Below are positions 1 to 11,937 of a stretch of DNA of 64,000 bases, piece by piece (positions within the stretch are counted from its first letter, which is position 1; every line of letters begins with the position of its first letter). Below the pieces are notes generated by a model, which saw only the letters and a list, made by a program, of their open reading frames with translations, ran no database searches and was not told the DNA's origin. Source of the DNA: Eledone cirrhosa (Eukaryota); NCBI GenBank assembly GCA_964016885.1, contig OZ024740.1, forward strand, positions 13,702,001 through 13,766,000, given 5' to 3'. Made by a program: the position numbers and the translations under genes.

Positions 1-441
1 CATAATCCCAGCGTGCATCTAAGATACCATTCTAGTCGCCCTCTAACACTAAAGAGCGGGACGTTCCAAAAAAGGTCTCTAGACGTCTGAAGAAATCTGG
101 CTGTTCTGCCCCTGTTGGGGCGTAGACGGCTACTAGCCTGAAAGCACTGCCTTCGCTGCCGGTCACGTCCAGCACCACCGACTTACCTTCTGTATCCAGG
201 AAGCTGGCCCCTATGGCGAGATCCAAGCCTCTCCGAAAAAGCACGGCAACCTTTCCCCCCGATCCTGGACGGCTGGGAGATGCGTATACATCGTAGCCGC
301 CGAAGATCGGTGTGAAGGCTCGTGCTTCGGAGATTCTGGTCTCGCTGATAGCCACCACATCTATATTTAGTGACCTGAGGTCGTTGAGCAGGATGACCGC
401 AGGCCACGTACATTTATACTGCCTATTCTAAGTACGGCCAT
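1..441 (-). pseudogene. LINE ORF2 N-terminus (apurinic-like endonuclease), disrupted
   Basis: ATG at 441 (MAVLRIGSIN..), then DVVAISETR, GKVAVLF, FRLVAVYAP, LVLEGD* with a stop where GDWN is expected. A deletion is visible near 400 relative to copy 2. Confidence 0.88.
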
Positions 442-477
442 GTTGGAGGAGAAACGGGGTAAGTGAGAAAGGATAAC

Positions 478-3400
478 TTACCTTGATCGTGTGGTGAAGG
501 GACAGTAGAACCGTCCCTTTGGCTGGTCATGGGTGTTTCCAAGAGGATGTCAGTGTATATCCTCTTGGTTACCGTCCCTCTGAAGTCTTCAACTGCGTTG
601 GGGAATTTTTATTATAACTGTTTGTAATCTTCTATTTTGATTTCAATTATGTTCATGTTTTTCGGGAGAGTTCTTGGTGTTGGTGGGGTGTAGTAGTTTT
701 TTTCTGTGATGTCTGTGTGCTGCTTTATATGTTGTAAGAGTTCTTTATTTGCCATGTTTATGGCTGTGTACTTTTGGGAGCGAGGGGCGATTTTGTTGCT
801 GTTTTCTTGTTGTTGCTGTTGGGTGCGTGTGTTTTGTTGTGTTTGCGATGTTGGTGTTTTTGGTGATGCTGGTGGTGGTGTGGTTGTTGTTGGTGGTGAT
901 GCTTGTGGTGGCGATGGTGATGGTGGTGGTGTTGCTGCAAGTCTCCTTGCAGCCTTTACCCCTCTTTGTCTGCCTTCGCTTTTGGAGGGTGAAGCTAAGG
1001 GTTTTTTTTTTTTTTTTTATGTTAAAACCGTTTGCCACTTCCCTACCGCCTCACACTCCATGTCGGACCCCACGGCGTCCGGGAGGGGCATGAGCTCCAC
1101 TGCTGCTGGTGGTGGTAGTGGAGCCCGCTACAGCGATTTTACCGCCGGCGTAGCTACTGCGACTGTTGGTGTTGCCGCTGCTTTAGTTGTCCGTGGCCTT
1201 GGTGTGGGTGACACGGACGTTGCCCTACTACTCACCATGGAAAGGTCTTCTGCCCCTGTTGCCTGCCCTGCTCTTGGTAGTAGCGGATCAGGCGTCGGAA
1301 GGAGGGGTGCCCTCTTCTTCGCTGTCTTCTGTGAGCAGAAAGCCTTGAGGTGACCCTTCTGCCCACAGAGATAGCACTTTGGGCGCCTTCCTTCAACGCT
1401 TATAGGGGGTTGGAGCCCTTCTTCGAGGTCTATGATGTCTGGGATGGCTTCGATGTACTCCTGGTCAGTCTGTATTAGCATTTGCATGCCTATTCCTGAC
1501 CAGTTCTCTCTTCCCATTCTCTGTATTTGCAGTATGGTGGTCTTCTCCTCGATTCCAGCCAGTACAGACGCGGCCAGCCAAGGTATGCGCACGTCGGGCG
1601 GGACCTGGGTCACTTTGACCCTCACAATTTTCTGCCAGCAGTAGGAGGGCACCAAGACTATCTCCTCACTCTTTAGGATTTCCAAAGAGTGAGACTTCGC
1701 CTCTTGGGGGTGGCGAAAAGTACGTCTACTGTGGCGTACTTTCTGCCTCGGGTGATGTGGGTTTTGCGCGCCCAGACGCACCCCAAGGCCTTTTGGATTT
1801 GAGCCTCCGTGGCTCTCTCCACCCGATGTGACATTTTGCTTACGGCGCAGTAAGTCACCGTCCGTAGCTGCTGGTCCTTGAAAAAATTGGGTGGAGGTTT
1901 CAGGGAGACTCTATTGGCGTTTCTTGTCACCATGGCCCTTGCGACTGTCATCTCCTCCTCTGTGACTAACACTGTCTCGATATTTCGGGCGACACCTGCA
2001 AAAGAAGTGGTCCCTTTTTCAGCGGCACCACTATTGCTGCCGCTACTGGTCTTACTGGTGGTGCTGAGATCGCTGTTACAGGTATCGGTGTCATTGTTGT
2101 TGTTTTCGTTGGTACTGTTGTTGCTGTTGTTGTTGTTGTTGTTTTCGTTGATACTGTTGCTGTTGTTACTGTTATTGTGGCTGTTGTTATTATTGTTTTT
2201 GTTGATACTGTTCCTGCTATTATTGTTGCTGTGGCTGTTGTTATTGTCATTGTTATTGTCGTTCTCAACCTTACCGCTGTTATTTTTGTTGTTGCTGTTG
2301 TTATTGATGGTGTTGTTGTTGGTGTTGTTGTTGGTGTTATTGATGGTGTTGTTGTTGGTGTTATTGTTGGTGTTATTGATGGTGTTGTTGTTGGTGTTGT
2401 TGTTGGTGTTATTGATGGTGTTGTTGTTGGTGTTATTGTTGGTGTTATTGAAGGTGTTGTTGTTGGTGTTGTTGTTGGTGTTATTGATGGTGTTGTTGTT
2501 GGTGTTATTGTTGGTGTTATTGATGGTGTTGTTGTTGGTGTTATTGTTGGTGTTATTGTTGGTGTTGTTGTTGGTGTTGTTGTTGGTGTTGTTGTTGGTG
2601 TTATTGATGGTGTTGTTGTTGGTGTTGTTGTTGGTGTTATTGATGGTGTTGTTGTTGGTGTTATTGTTGGTGTTATTGATGGTGTTGTTGTTGGTGTTGT
2701 TGTTGGTGTTATTGATGGTGTTGTTGTTGGTGTTATTGTTGGTGTTATTGATGGTGTTGTTGTTGGTGTTATTGTTGGTGTTATTGATGGTGTTGTTGTT
2801 GGTGTTATTGTTGGTGTTGTTGGTGTTGTTGTTGGTGTTATTGTTGGTGTTTTTGATGGTGTTGTTGTTGGTGTTATTGTTGGTGTTATTGATGGTGTTG
2901 TTGTTGGTGTTGTTGTTGGTGTTATTGATGGTGTTGTTGTTGGTGTTGTTGTTGGTGTTATTCATGGTGTTGTTGTTGGTGTTGTTGTTGGTGTTATTGA
3001 TGGTGTTGTTGTTGGTGTTGTTGTTGGTGTTATTGATGGTGTTGTTGTTGGTGTTGTTGTTGGTGTTATTGTTGGTGTTTTTGATGGTGTTGTTGTTGGT
3101 GTTATTGTTGGTGTTATTGATGGTGTTGTTGTTGGTGTTGTTGTTGGTGTTATTGATGGTGTTGTTGTTGGTGTTGTTGTTGGTGTTATTGATGGTGTTG
3201 TTGTTGGTGTTATTGTTGGTGTTGTTGTTGGTGTTATTGATGGTGTTATTGTTGGTGTTATTGATGGTGTTGTTGTTGGTGTTATTGTTGGTGTTATTGT
3301 TGGTGTTATTGATGGTGTTGTTGTTGGTGTTATTGATGGTGTTATTGTTGGTGTTGTTGTTGGTGTTATTGATGGTGTTATTGTTGGTGTTATTGTTGGT

Positions 3401-6400
3401 GTTGTTGATGGTGTTGTTGTTGGTGTTATTGATGGTGTTATTGTTGGTGTTGTTGTTGGTGTTATTGATGGTGTTATTGTTGGTGTTGTTGTTGGTGTTA
3501 TTCATGGTGTTGTTGTTGGTGTTATTGTTGGTGTTGTTGTTGGTGTTGTTGATGGTGTTATTGTTGGTGTTATTGTTGGTGTTATTGTTGGTGTTGTTGT
3601 TGGTGTTATTGATGGTGTTATTGTTGGTGTTGTTGTTGGTGTTGTTGTTGGTGTTGTTGTTGGTGTTATTGATGGTGTTGTTGTTGGTGTTGTTGTTGGT
3701 GTTGTTGTTGGTGTTATTGATGGTGTTATTGTTGGTGTTGTTGTTGGTGTTGTTGATGGTGTTGTTGTTGGTGTTATTGATGGTGTTATTGTTGGTGTTG
3801 TTGTTGGTGTTATTGATGGTGTTATTGTTGGTGTTGTTGTTGGTGTTATTGATGGTGTTGTTGTTGGTGTTGTTGTTGGTGTTGTTGTTGGTGTTATTGA
3901 TGGTGTTATTGTTGGTGTTGTTGTTGGTGTTGTTGATGGTGTTGTTGTTGGTGTTATTGATGGTGTTATTGTTGGTGTTGTTGTTGGTGTTGTTGATGGT
4001 GTTGTTGTTGGTGTTATTGATGGTGTTATTGTTGGTGTTGTTGTTGGTGTTATTGATGGTGTTATTGTTGGTGTTGTTGTTGGTGTTATTCATGGTGTTG
4101 TTGTTGGTGTTATTGTTGGTGTTGTTGTTGGTGTTGTTGATGGTGTTATTGTTGGTGTTATTGTTGGTGTTATTGTTGGTGTTGTTGTTGGTGTTATTGA
4201 TGGTGTTATTGTTGGTGTTGTTGTTGGTGTTGTTGTTGGTGTTGTTGTTGGTGTTATTGATGGTGTTGTTGTTGGTGTTGTTGTTGGTGTTGTTGTTGGT
4301 GTTATTGATGGTGTTATTGATGGTGTTGTTGTTGGTGTTATTGATGGTGTTATTGTTGGTGTTGTTGTTGGTGTTATTCATGGTGTTGTTGTTGGTGTTA
4401 TTGTTGGTGTTGTTGTTGGTGTTGTTGATGGTGTTATTGTTGGTGTTATTGTTGGTGTTGTTGTTGGTGTTATTGTTGGTGTTGTTGTTGGTGTTATTGA
4501 TGGTGTTATTGATGGTGTTGTTGATGGTGTTGTTGTTGGTGTTGTTGTTGGTGTTGTTGTTGGTGTTATTGATGGTGTTATTGATGGTGTTGTTGTTGGT
4601 GTTATTGTTGGTGTTGTTGTTGGTGTTGTTGTTGGTGTTGTTGTTGGTGTTATTGTTGGTGTTATTGTTGGTGTTGTTGTTGGTGTTGTTGTTGGTGTTA
4701 TTGATGGTGTTGTTGTTGGTGTTGTTGTTGGTGTTATTGTTGGTGTTGTTGTTGTTGTTGTTGTTGGTGTTATTGATGGTGTTGTTGTTGGTGTTGTTGT
4801 TGGTGTTATTGATGGTGTTGTTGTTGGTGTTATTGTTGGTGTTATTGTTGGTGTTATTGATGGTGTTGTTGTTGGTGTTGTTGTTGGTGTTATTGTTGGT
4901 GTTATTGTTGGTGTTATTGATGGTGTTGTTGTTGGTGTTATTGTTGGTGTTATTGATGGTGTTGTTGTTGGTGTTATTGATGGTGTTGTTGATGGTGTTG
5001 TTGTTGGTGCTGTTGTTGGTGTTGTTGTTGGTGTTATTGTTGGTGTTGTTGTTGGTGTTATTGATGGTGTTGTTGTTGGTGTTGTTGTTGGTGTTGTTGT
5101 TGGTGTTATTGATGGTGTTGTTGTTGGTGTTATTGTTGGTGTTATTGTTGGTGTTATTGATGGTGTTGTTGTTGGTGTTGTTGTTGGTGTTATTGTTGGT
5201 GTTATTGTTGGTGTTATTGATGGTGTTGTTGTTGGTGTTATTGTTGGTGTTATTGATGGTGTTGTTGTTGGTGTTATTGATGGTGTTGTTGATGGTGTTG
5301 TTGTTGGTGCTGTTGTTGGTGTTGTTGTTGGTGTTATTGTTGGTGTTGTTGTTGGTGTTATTGTTGGTGTTATTGATGGTGTTGTTGTTGGTGTTATTGT
5401 TGGTGTTATTGATGGTGTTGTTGATGGTGTTGTTGTTGGTGCTGTTGTTGGTGTTATTGATGGTGTTGTTGTTGGTGTTGTTGTTGGTGTTATTGATGGT
5501 GTTGTTGTTGGTGTTATTGTTGGTGTTGTTGTTGGTGTTATTGTTGGTGTTATTGATGGTGTTGTTGTTGGTGTTATTGTTGGTGTTGTTGTTGGTGTTA
5601 TTGATGGTGTTATTGATGGTGTTGTTGTTGGTGTTATTGTTGGTGTTGTTGTTGGTGTTGTTGTTGGTGTTATTGTTGGTGTTATTGATGGTGTTGTTGT
5701 TGGTGTTATTGATGGTGTTGTTGATGGTGTTGTTGTTGGTGCTGTTGTTGGTGTTGTTGTTGGTGTTATTGATGGTGTTGTTGTTGGTGTTATTGTTGGT
5801 GTTATTGATGGTGTTGTTGTTGGTGTTATTGATGGTGTTGTTGATGGTGTTGTTGTTGGTGCTGTTGTTGGTGTTGTTGTTGGTGTTATTGATGGTGTTG
5901 TTGTTGGTGTTATTGTTGGTGTTATTGATGGTGTTGTTGTTGGTGTTATTGTTGGTGTTATTGATGGTGTTGTTGATGGTGTTGTTGTTGGTGTTATTGA
6001 TGGTGTTATTGTTGGTGTTATTGATGGTGTTGTTGTTGGTGTTATTGTTGGTGTTGTTGTTGGTGTTATTGTTGGTGTTGTTGTTGGTGTTATTGTTGGT
6101 GTTATTGATGGTGTTGTTGTTGGTGTTATTGTTGGTGTTGTTGTTGGTGTTATTGTTGGTGTTGTTGTTGGTGTTATTGTTGGTGTTGTTGTTGGTGTTA
6201 TTGTTGGTGTTATTGATGGTGTTGTTGTTGGTGTTATTGATGGTGTTGTTGTTGGTGTTGTTGTTGGTGTTATTGATGGTGTTGTTGTTGGTGTTGTTGT
6301 TGGTGTTATTGATGGTGTTGTTGTTGGTGTTGTTGTTGGTGTTATTGTTGGTGTTATTGTTGGTGTTGTTGTTGGTGTTATTGTTGGTGTTATTGTTGGT

Positions 6401-7315
6401 GTTATTGATGGTGTTGTTGTTGGTGTTATTGATGGTGTTGTTGTTGGTGTTATTGTTGGTGTTGTTGTTGGTGTTATTGTTGGTGTTATTGATGGTGTTG
6501 TTGTTGGTGTTATTGTTGGTGTTGTTGTTGGTGTTATTGTTGGTGTTATTGTTGGTGTTATTGTTGGTGTTGTTGTTGGTGTTATTGATGGTGTTGTTGT
6601 TGGTGTTGTTGTTGGTGTTATTGATGGTGTTGTTGATGGTGTTGTTGTTGGTGTTATTGTTGGTGTTGTTGTTGGTGTTGTTGTTGGTGTTATTGTTGGT
6701 GTTATTGTTGGTGTTGTTGATGGTGTTGTTGTTGGTGCTGTTGTTGGTGTTATTGATGGTGTTATTGTTGGTGTTGTTGTTGGTGCTGTTGTTGGTGTTA
6801 TTGATGGTGTTGTTGTTGGTGTTGTTGTTGGTGTTATTGTTGGTGTTATTGTTGGTGTTGTTGATGGTGTTGTTGTTGGTGCTGTTGTTGGTGTTATTGA
6901 TGGTGTTATTGTTGGTGTTGTTGTTGGTGCTGTTGTTGGTGTTATTGATGGTGTTGTTGTTGGTGTTGTTGTTGGTGTTATTGTTGGTGTTATTGTTGGT
7001 GTTGTTGATGGTGTTGTTGTTGGTGCTGTTGTTGGTGTTATTGATGGTGTTATTGTTGGTGTTGTTGTTGGTGCTGTTGTTGGTGTTATTGATGGTGTTG
7101 TTGTTGGTGTTGTTGTTGGTGTTATTTGTGTTAGAAATATTTGGTAATTTTAAATCTGTAAGAATATCATTAAACATGCTATTGTTCCTCTTTTCCTTCG
7201 TAATATTTCCTTCTATATTTACCTTCGCTAGAACGCTGTCTTGTTGATATGTTGATAAAGTCTCCCTCTCTCTGTGTTGTCTGACAGCGCTCTCTCTCTT
7301 TCTTGTGTTATCCAT
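478..7315 (-). pseudogene. LINE ORF1 (gag-like) with CCHC zinc knuckle and an internal Asn/Thr repeat expansion; frameshifted
   Basis: ATG at 7315 is open through the repeat to ..SFAGVARN..YATVDVLFATP. Frameshift at ~1700, then SEEIVLVP..VEGRRPKCYLCGQKGHLKAFC. Further breaks at ~1128 and at the poly-T near 1010. TAA at 478. Confidence 0.8.
2300..7125 (-). repeat. 12-bp minisatellite (AACAACAACACC and variants), about 400 units, encoding NNNT/INNT
   Basis: Direct inspection. Higher-order duplications of 300 bp (4861-5040 = 5161-5340) and 144 bp (6720-7120). Confidence 0.97.
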
Positions 7316-7529
7316 GTTGAAAGAATTTTTTTCAAATTATTATCTTTACATAATACGACACCTCGTAAAGGGGTGCCGTATTATTTACGAGTGAACCCCT
7401 GTATTAGGTGGGTCACTTCTTCTAAACTTTTATCAAGTTTAAAACTTGAATAAAAGGTTTAGAACGGTTGAAAATGAGGTAAACTGTTGATAAAAAACTG
7501 GAGACGATAAGAAGCGTGGCTTCACCTTC

Positions 7530-7664
7530 AATAATAATAATAATAATAATTGTTTCTACTTTTGGCACAAGGCCAGCAATTATCCCAGTGTATTACTGGT
7601 ACTTTATTTTATCGACCCTGTAAGGATGAAAGGCAAAGTTAACCTCGGCGGGATTTGAACTCAG
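7530..7664 (-). mobile_element. tRNA-type SINE 3' part with (ATT)n tail
   Basis: Minus strand reads GAGTTCAAATCCC (B-box-like), GCCTTTCATCCTT..GGGTCGATAAAATAAAGTACCAG (resembles the Meta-domain SINE core), then GGCCTTGTGCCAAAAGTAGAAACA(ATT)n. At least 8 copies in the window. Confidence 0.85.
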
Positions 7665-7997
7665 ATCAGTTCAAGGTTCGATCTGGCCCGACTCCGGAAT
7701 CAAAAGCTCGTCGGGCCTCTGTTGTCGTAATGACAAAATGAACATATAGAACTTAGAGATATAACGTAACAGTAGGACAGTTAATTTCTTTTGATTCCAG
7801 AGACGGGCTCGATCGATACAGATAGAACCTTGAGCTGATCAATAGCGAAACGCGCGTCACTACTCAATAAACGTAATGAAGACATAACAAATCGTCATTT
7901 TCTTATTATATTTACCCTCTGTTTAGTTCTACACCTCTTTACAGAGTGGAAACTATGCATGGAGTGCTCAACCGGGTGAACCGCCAGTAACTACACG
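7664..7997 (+). mobile_element. Non-coding hairpin element with the 3' half of a hammerhead
   Basis: GATCAGTTCAAGGTTC (7664) pairs with GAACCTTGAGCTGATC (7825), followed by GAAA-CGCGCG-TC at 7847-7858 and AATAAA. Related sequence at 15430, 16330 and 24620. Confidence 0.55.
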
Positions 7998-8000
7998 TTA

Positions 8001-8085
<85 letters not shown>

Positions 8086-8129
8086 ATACACACAGACACA
8101 CACATACACACACTTTCTCTCTCTCTCTC

Positions 8130-8174
<45 letters not shown>

Positions 8175-8177
<3 letters not shown>

Positions 8178-8412
8178 AATAGTACCACTGATGATGTCAC
8201 ATATGTGCAACGAAAGAACTTTGTTAGACTATATATATGTATTTATATCTGTATTTTAACCGTTGGTCAGCAATGATAAACATTGATTGTCAAATTAAAT
8301 TAACTATGGAGATATAAAAGATACAGAAGCGAAAACCAACCAAACAGTGAGTGTGTTCTGTTACTTCTGGCAATATTATTACAACAATATGACCCTCCCC
8401 AAATATAACAAA
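8175..8412 (+). mobile_element. Non-coding (TA)n-flanked dispersed repeat with hammerhead-like core (CTGATGA 8188, GAAA 8212)
   Basis: An inverted homologue at 15640-15880 has CTGACGA-GTTGCA gatg TGCAAC-GAAA. Stem III and the cleavage site are not resolved. Confidence 0.55.
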
Positions 8413-8467
8413 ATATATATGTATACGTATGCACATATATATATATATATGCTGCATATATATAGAT

Positions 8468-8502
<35 letters not shown>

Positions 8503-8721
8503 CATGTTTGTACTAATGTATGTTAAATGTAATTCTCACTCACGTTTTGTGTTTTTCTCTTTGTTTCTTGTTTTCTTCTTTGTATTTTTATTTATAATTT
8601 ATTTTTACTTTGTTTATTTTGTGTCAGCTCTAGGATATGTTGTTGTTGTTTTTGTTTTGTTGATGTTTTTACTCTTAATTTATTGTTTCATTACAATACC
8701 CAACACCATCACAAAAATATA

Positions 8722-8970
8722 GTTAAAATATAATAAAAATATACTTAAATAATAAAAAATAGTTAAAGGTTTAACAAAAAATATATTTAAATAATAAATA
8801 GTTAAAAGTTTAAAAAAAAATATATTTAAATAATAAATAGTTAAAAGTTTTGAAAAAAATATATTTAAATAATAAATAGTTAAAAGTTAAAAAAAAAATA
8901 TATTTAAATAGCAAAAAATAATTTAACTAAAAATAATTTAACTAAAAATATAGTTAAAAGTTTTAACAAA
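8722..8970. repeat. AT-rich tandem repeat, ~38-40 bp unit (AAATAGTTAAAAGTT-An-TATATTTAAATAAT)
   Basis: About 5 diverged copies visible. Confidence 0.8.
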
Positions 8971-9089
8971 AACTAGAGGTTTGTTGTTTTGTTGTTATAT
9001 AAATGTTTTTTAAACTAAATAGCAAAATAAAAAAAAAATAACTGTGATAATCGTTAAACCTTTAAATGAATTCTGTTTCTCTAGTTTAC

Positions 9090-10500
9090 ATATATGTGTA
9101 TATATATGTGTGTATATATGTGTGTATATATGGGTGTATATATATGTGTGAGTATATATGTGTGTATATATGTGTGTATATATATACATGTGAGTATATA
9201 TGAGTGTATATATGTGTTTATATGGGTGTATATATATATGTGAGTATATATGTGTATATATGCGTGTATATATGGGTGTATATATATATGTGAGTATATA
9301 TGTGTGTATATATATGTGTGTATATGGGTATATATATATGTGAGTATATATGTGTATATATGTGTGTGTATATATGGGTGTATATATATATGTGAGTATA
9401 TATGTGTGTATATATGTGTGTATATATGAGTGTATATATATATGTGAGTATATATGTGTGTGTATATGTGTTTATATGGGTGTATATATAAATGTGAGTA
9501 TATATGTGTGTATATATGTGTTTATATGGGTGTATATATATATATGAGTATATATGTGTGTATAGATGTGTGTATATGGGTGTATATATATGTGAGTATA
9601 TATGTGTATATATGTGTGTATATATGGGTGTATATATATATATATATATATGAGTATATATGTGTGTATATGTGTGTGTATATATGGGTGTATATATATA
9701 TGTGAGTATATATGTGTGTGTATATGTGTTTATATGGGTGTATATATATATGTGAGTATATATGTGTGTATATATGTGTTTATATGGGTGTATATATATA
9801 TATGTGAGTATATATGTGTGTGTATATGTTTATATGGGTGTATATATATGTAAGTATATATGTGTGTATATATGTGTTTATATGGGTGTATATATATATG
9901 TGAGTATATATGTGTCTATATATGTGTTTATATGGGTGTATATATATATGTGAGTATATATGTGTGTATATATGTGTTTATATGGGTGTATATATATGTG
10001 TGAGTATATATGTGTGTATATATGTGTGTATATGGGTGTATATATGTGTGGGTATATATGTGTGTATGTATGTGTGTATATTGGTGTATATATATATATG
10101 TGTATATGTGAGTATATATGTGTGTGTATATGTGTTTATATATGTGTGTATATGGGTGTATATAAATGTGTACATATGTGTGTAGATATGTGTTAATATG
10201 GGTGTATATATATGTGAGTATATATGTGTGTATATATGTGTGTATATTGGTGTATATATATGTATATGTGTGTATATGTGAGTATATATGTGTGTATATA
10301 TATGTGTTTATATATGTGTGTATATGGGTGTATATATGTGTATATATGTGTGTATATATGTGTATATATGTGTGTATATATGTGTTTATATGGGTGTATA
10401 TATATGTGAGTTTATATGTGTATATATATATGTGAGTATATATGTGTGTATATATTAGTGTATATATTTGTGTATATATGTATGCTTATATGTGTATCTA
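9090..10500. repeat. TA/TG-derived minisatellite, ~48-50 bp unit (GTGAGTATATATGTGTGTATATATGTGTTTATATGGGTGTATATATAT)
   Basis: Recurring GTGAG and ATGGG anchors. Confidence 0.9.
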
Positions 10501-10652
10501 TTTGTGTACATATGTGTGTATATATGTATATATATATATATATTGTGTATATGTGTGTGTTAGCGTTTTGTGCAAGTATATGTTTAAGTATGTGTTGTGT
10601 CCTTGGGTGTATAAGTATACACACACATATATATATATATATACATATATAT

Positions 10653-10701
<49 letters not shown>

Positions 10702-10704
10702 TAT

Positions 10705-10757
<53 letters not shown>

Positions 10758-10759
10758 TG

Positions 10760-10843
<84 letters not shown>

Positions 10844-10973
10844 TATATACGATAAATATTGATGGAATTCAATTCGAGAATGCAACGTACATTTTTCCAC
10901 GAAGGAATGACGGAGTATTTTTAGAATAATGAAATACAAAGTAGTTTATATGTTAAAGTCCTTTATTGATAAG

Positions 10974-11050
10974 GCCGTGATAGTTATTTCAATGACGACA
11001 GTGGCCACGCGTTCCGCGTAGTACCCAGTACCATGATCTCATCAGACAGC
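10974..11050 (-). ncRNA. Type-I hammerhead ribozyme
   Basis: GCTGT-CTGATGA-(long stem II)-GAAA-TAACTA-TC-ACGGC. Stem I closes, cleavage triplet AUC, AATAAA just downstream. Homologue at 33026-33100. Confidence 0.8.
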
Positions 11051-11244
11051 TTCTTACATAATAACGTTACAATCAGGAGGTAGTCCTAAATTGAAGTGAC
11101 AATAAAGGACTTTAGTATCTAAACTACTTTGTTTTTTGTTTCCTTTTATACACACACATACATACATACACACGCACATACATACATATATACATACACA
11201 CATGCATATATACATACATATATACATACATATACATACATACA

Positions 11245-11770
11245 AGATGGCTGCAAACTCTGCTAAGAGTGTTGCTATCGCTTGTCAGATTATAGAGTTG
11301 GGTGCATTTTCAGGCTACGGCCAGCCACACAAACCTGTAATAGATCCTGAACAAGCAATGTCTGTGCTTTGAAGGTTTTTAAGTGGGGAAAGGCCTTGCA
11401 CTCGACCAATCCCACTCTCTGAGCATCGAAAACACTACCCGAAAAGGAGAACTGGTCGACATCATTGGATGCTTCCGAAGCCGCAGGCTTTTTTTCAGAG
11501 TTTCCCTCTCCTAGAAAGGTGTTGTGATAACAACTGGGGGCATTTCACTCCCAGGTGAAAAAAACAGTACTATTTGGATGGCTGTTGACTCTGCTGAGTT
11601 CCTCCGTCCTTTGCCGGGTCTTGTATTTCATCCCGCAGCGTGTCCAAATATCACCCTCCTCACCAAGCAAGCTTGGTGGGTTTGCCGGTTTAGTCACCGA
11701 TGACCCGACCATGAGACAGGTTGTGCTGGGTTACATGTTACCAGTAGCACTCGAGAGCGACTTGACATAA
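11245..11770 (-). mobile_element. Probable RTE-derived non-autonomous element with (TATG)n tail
   Basis: GC-richer island flanked by (TACA)n. Minus-strand CTAGGAGAGGGAAACTCTG resembles RTE 5' UTR motifs as I recall them. No ORF. Confidence 0.35.
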
Positions 11771-11937
11771 TACATACATATATAGATGATGGCTGCCCCC
11801 TCGTTATCGAGTATGGCCATTGCACGATATACCATTATTAATAATTATTAATTAATTCTATCGTGCAATGCCTGTGCGTGAAGATATTTTTTAAAGTGAG
11901 ATACATACATATATATATACATAAGTACATACATACA

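Larger units (their letters stand above)
1..7529 (-). mobile_element. L1/Tx1-type LINE, copy 1 (5' UTR, ORF1, start of ORF2); runs off the left edge of the window
   Basis: ORF1 with CCHC knuckle followed by an APE endonuclease N-terminus. Homologous to the copy at 20353-23483. The 5' end abuts (AAT)n at 7530. Confidence 0.9.

Noticed and set aside
1878-7247. Plus-strand 1789-aa and 1656-aa Leu/Val ORFs
   Set aside because: Antisense read-through of the 12-bp repeat. Only the minus frame joins recognisable ORF1 sequence.
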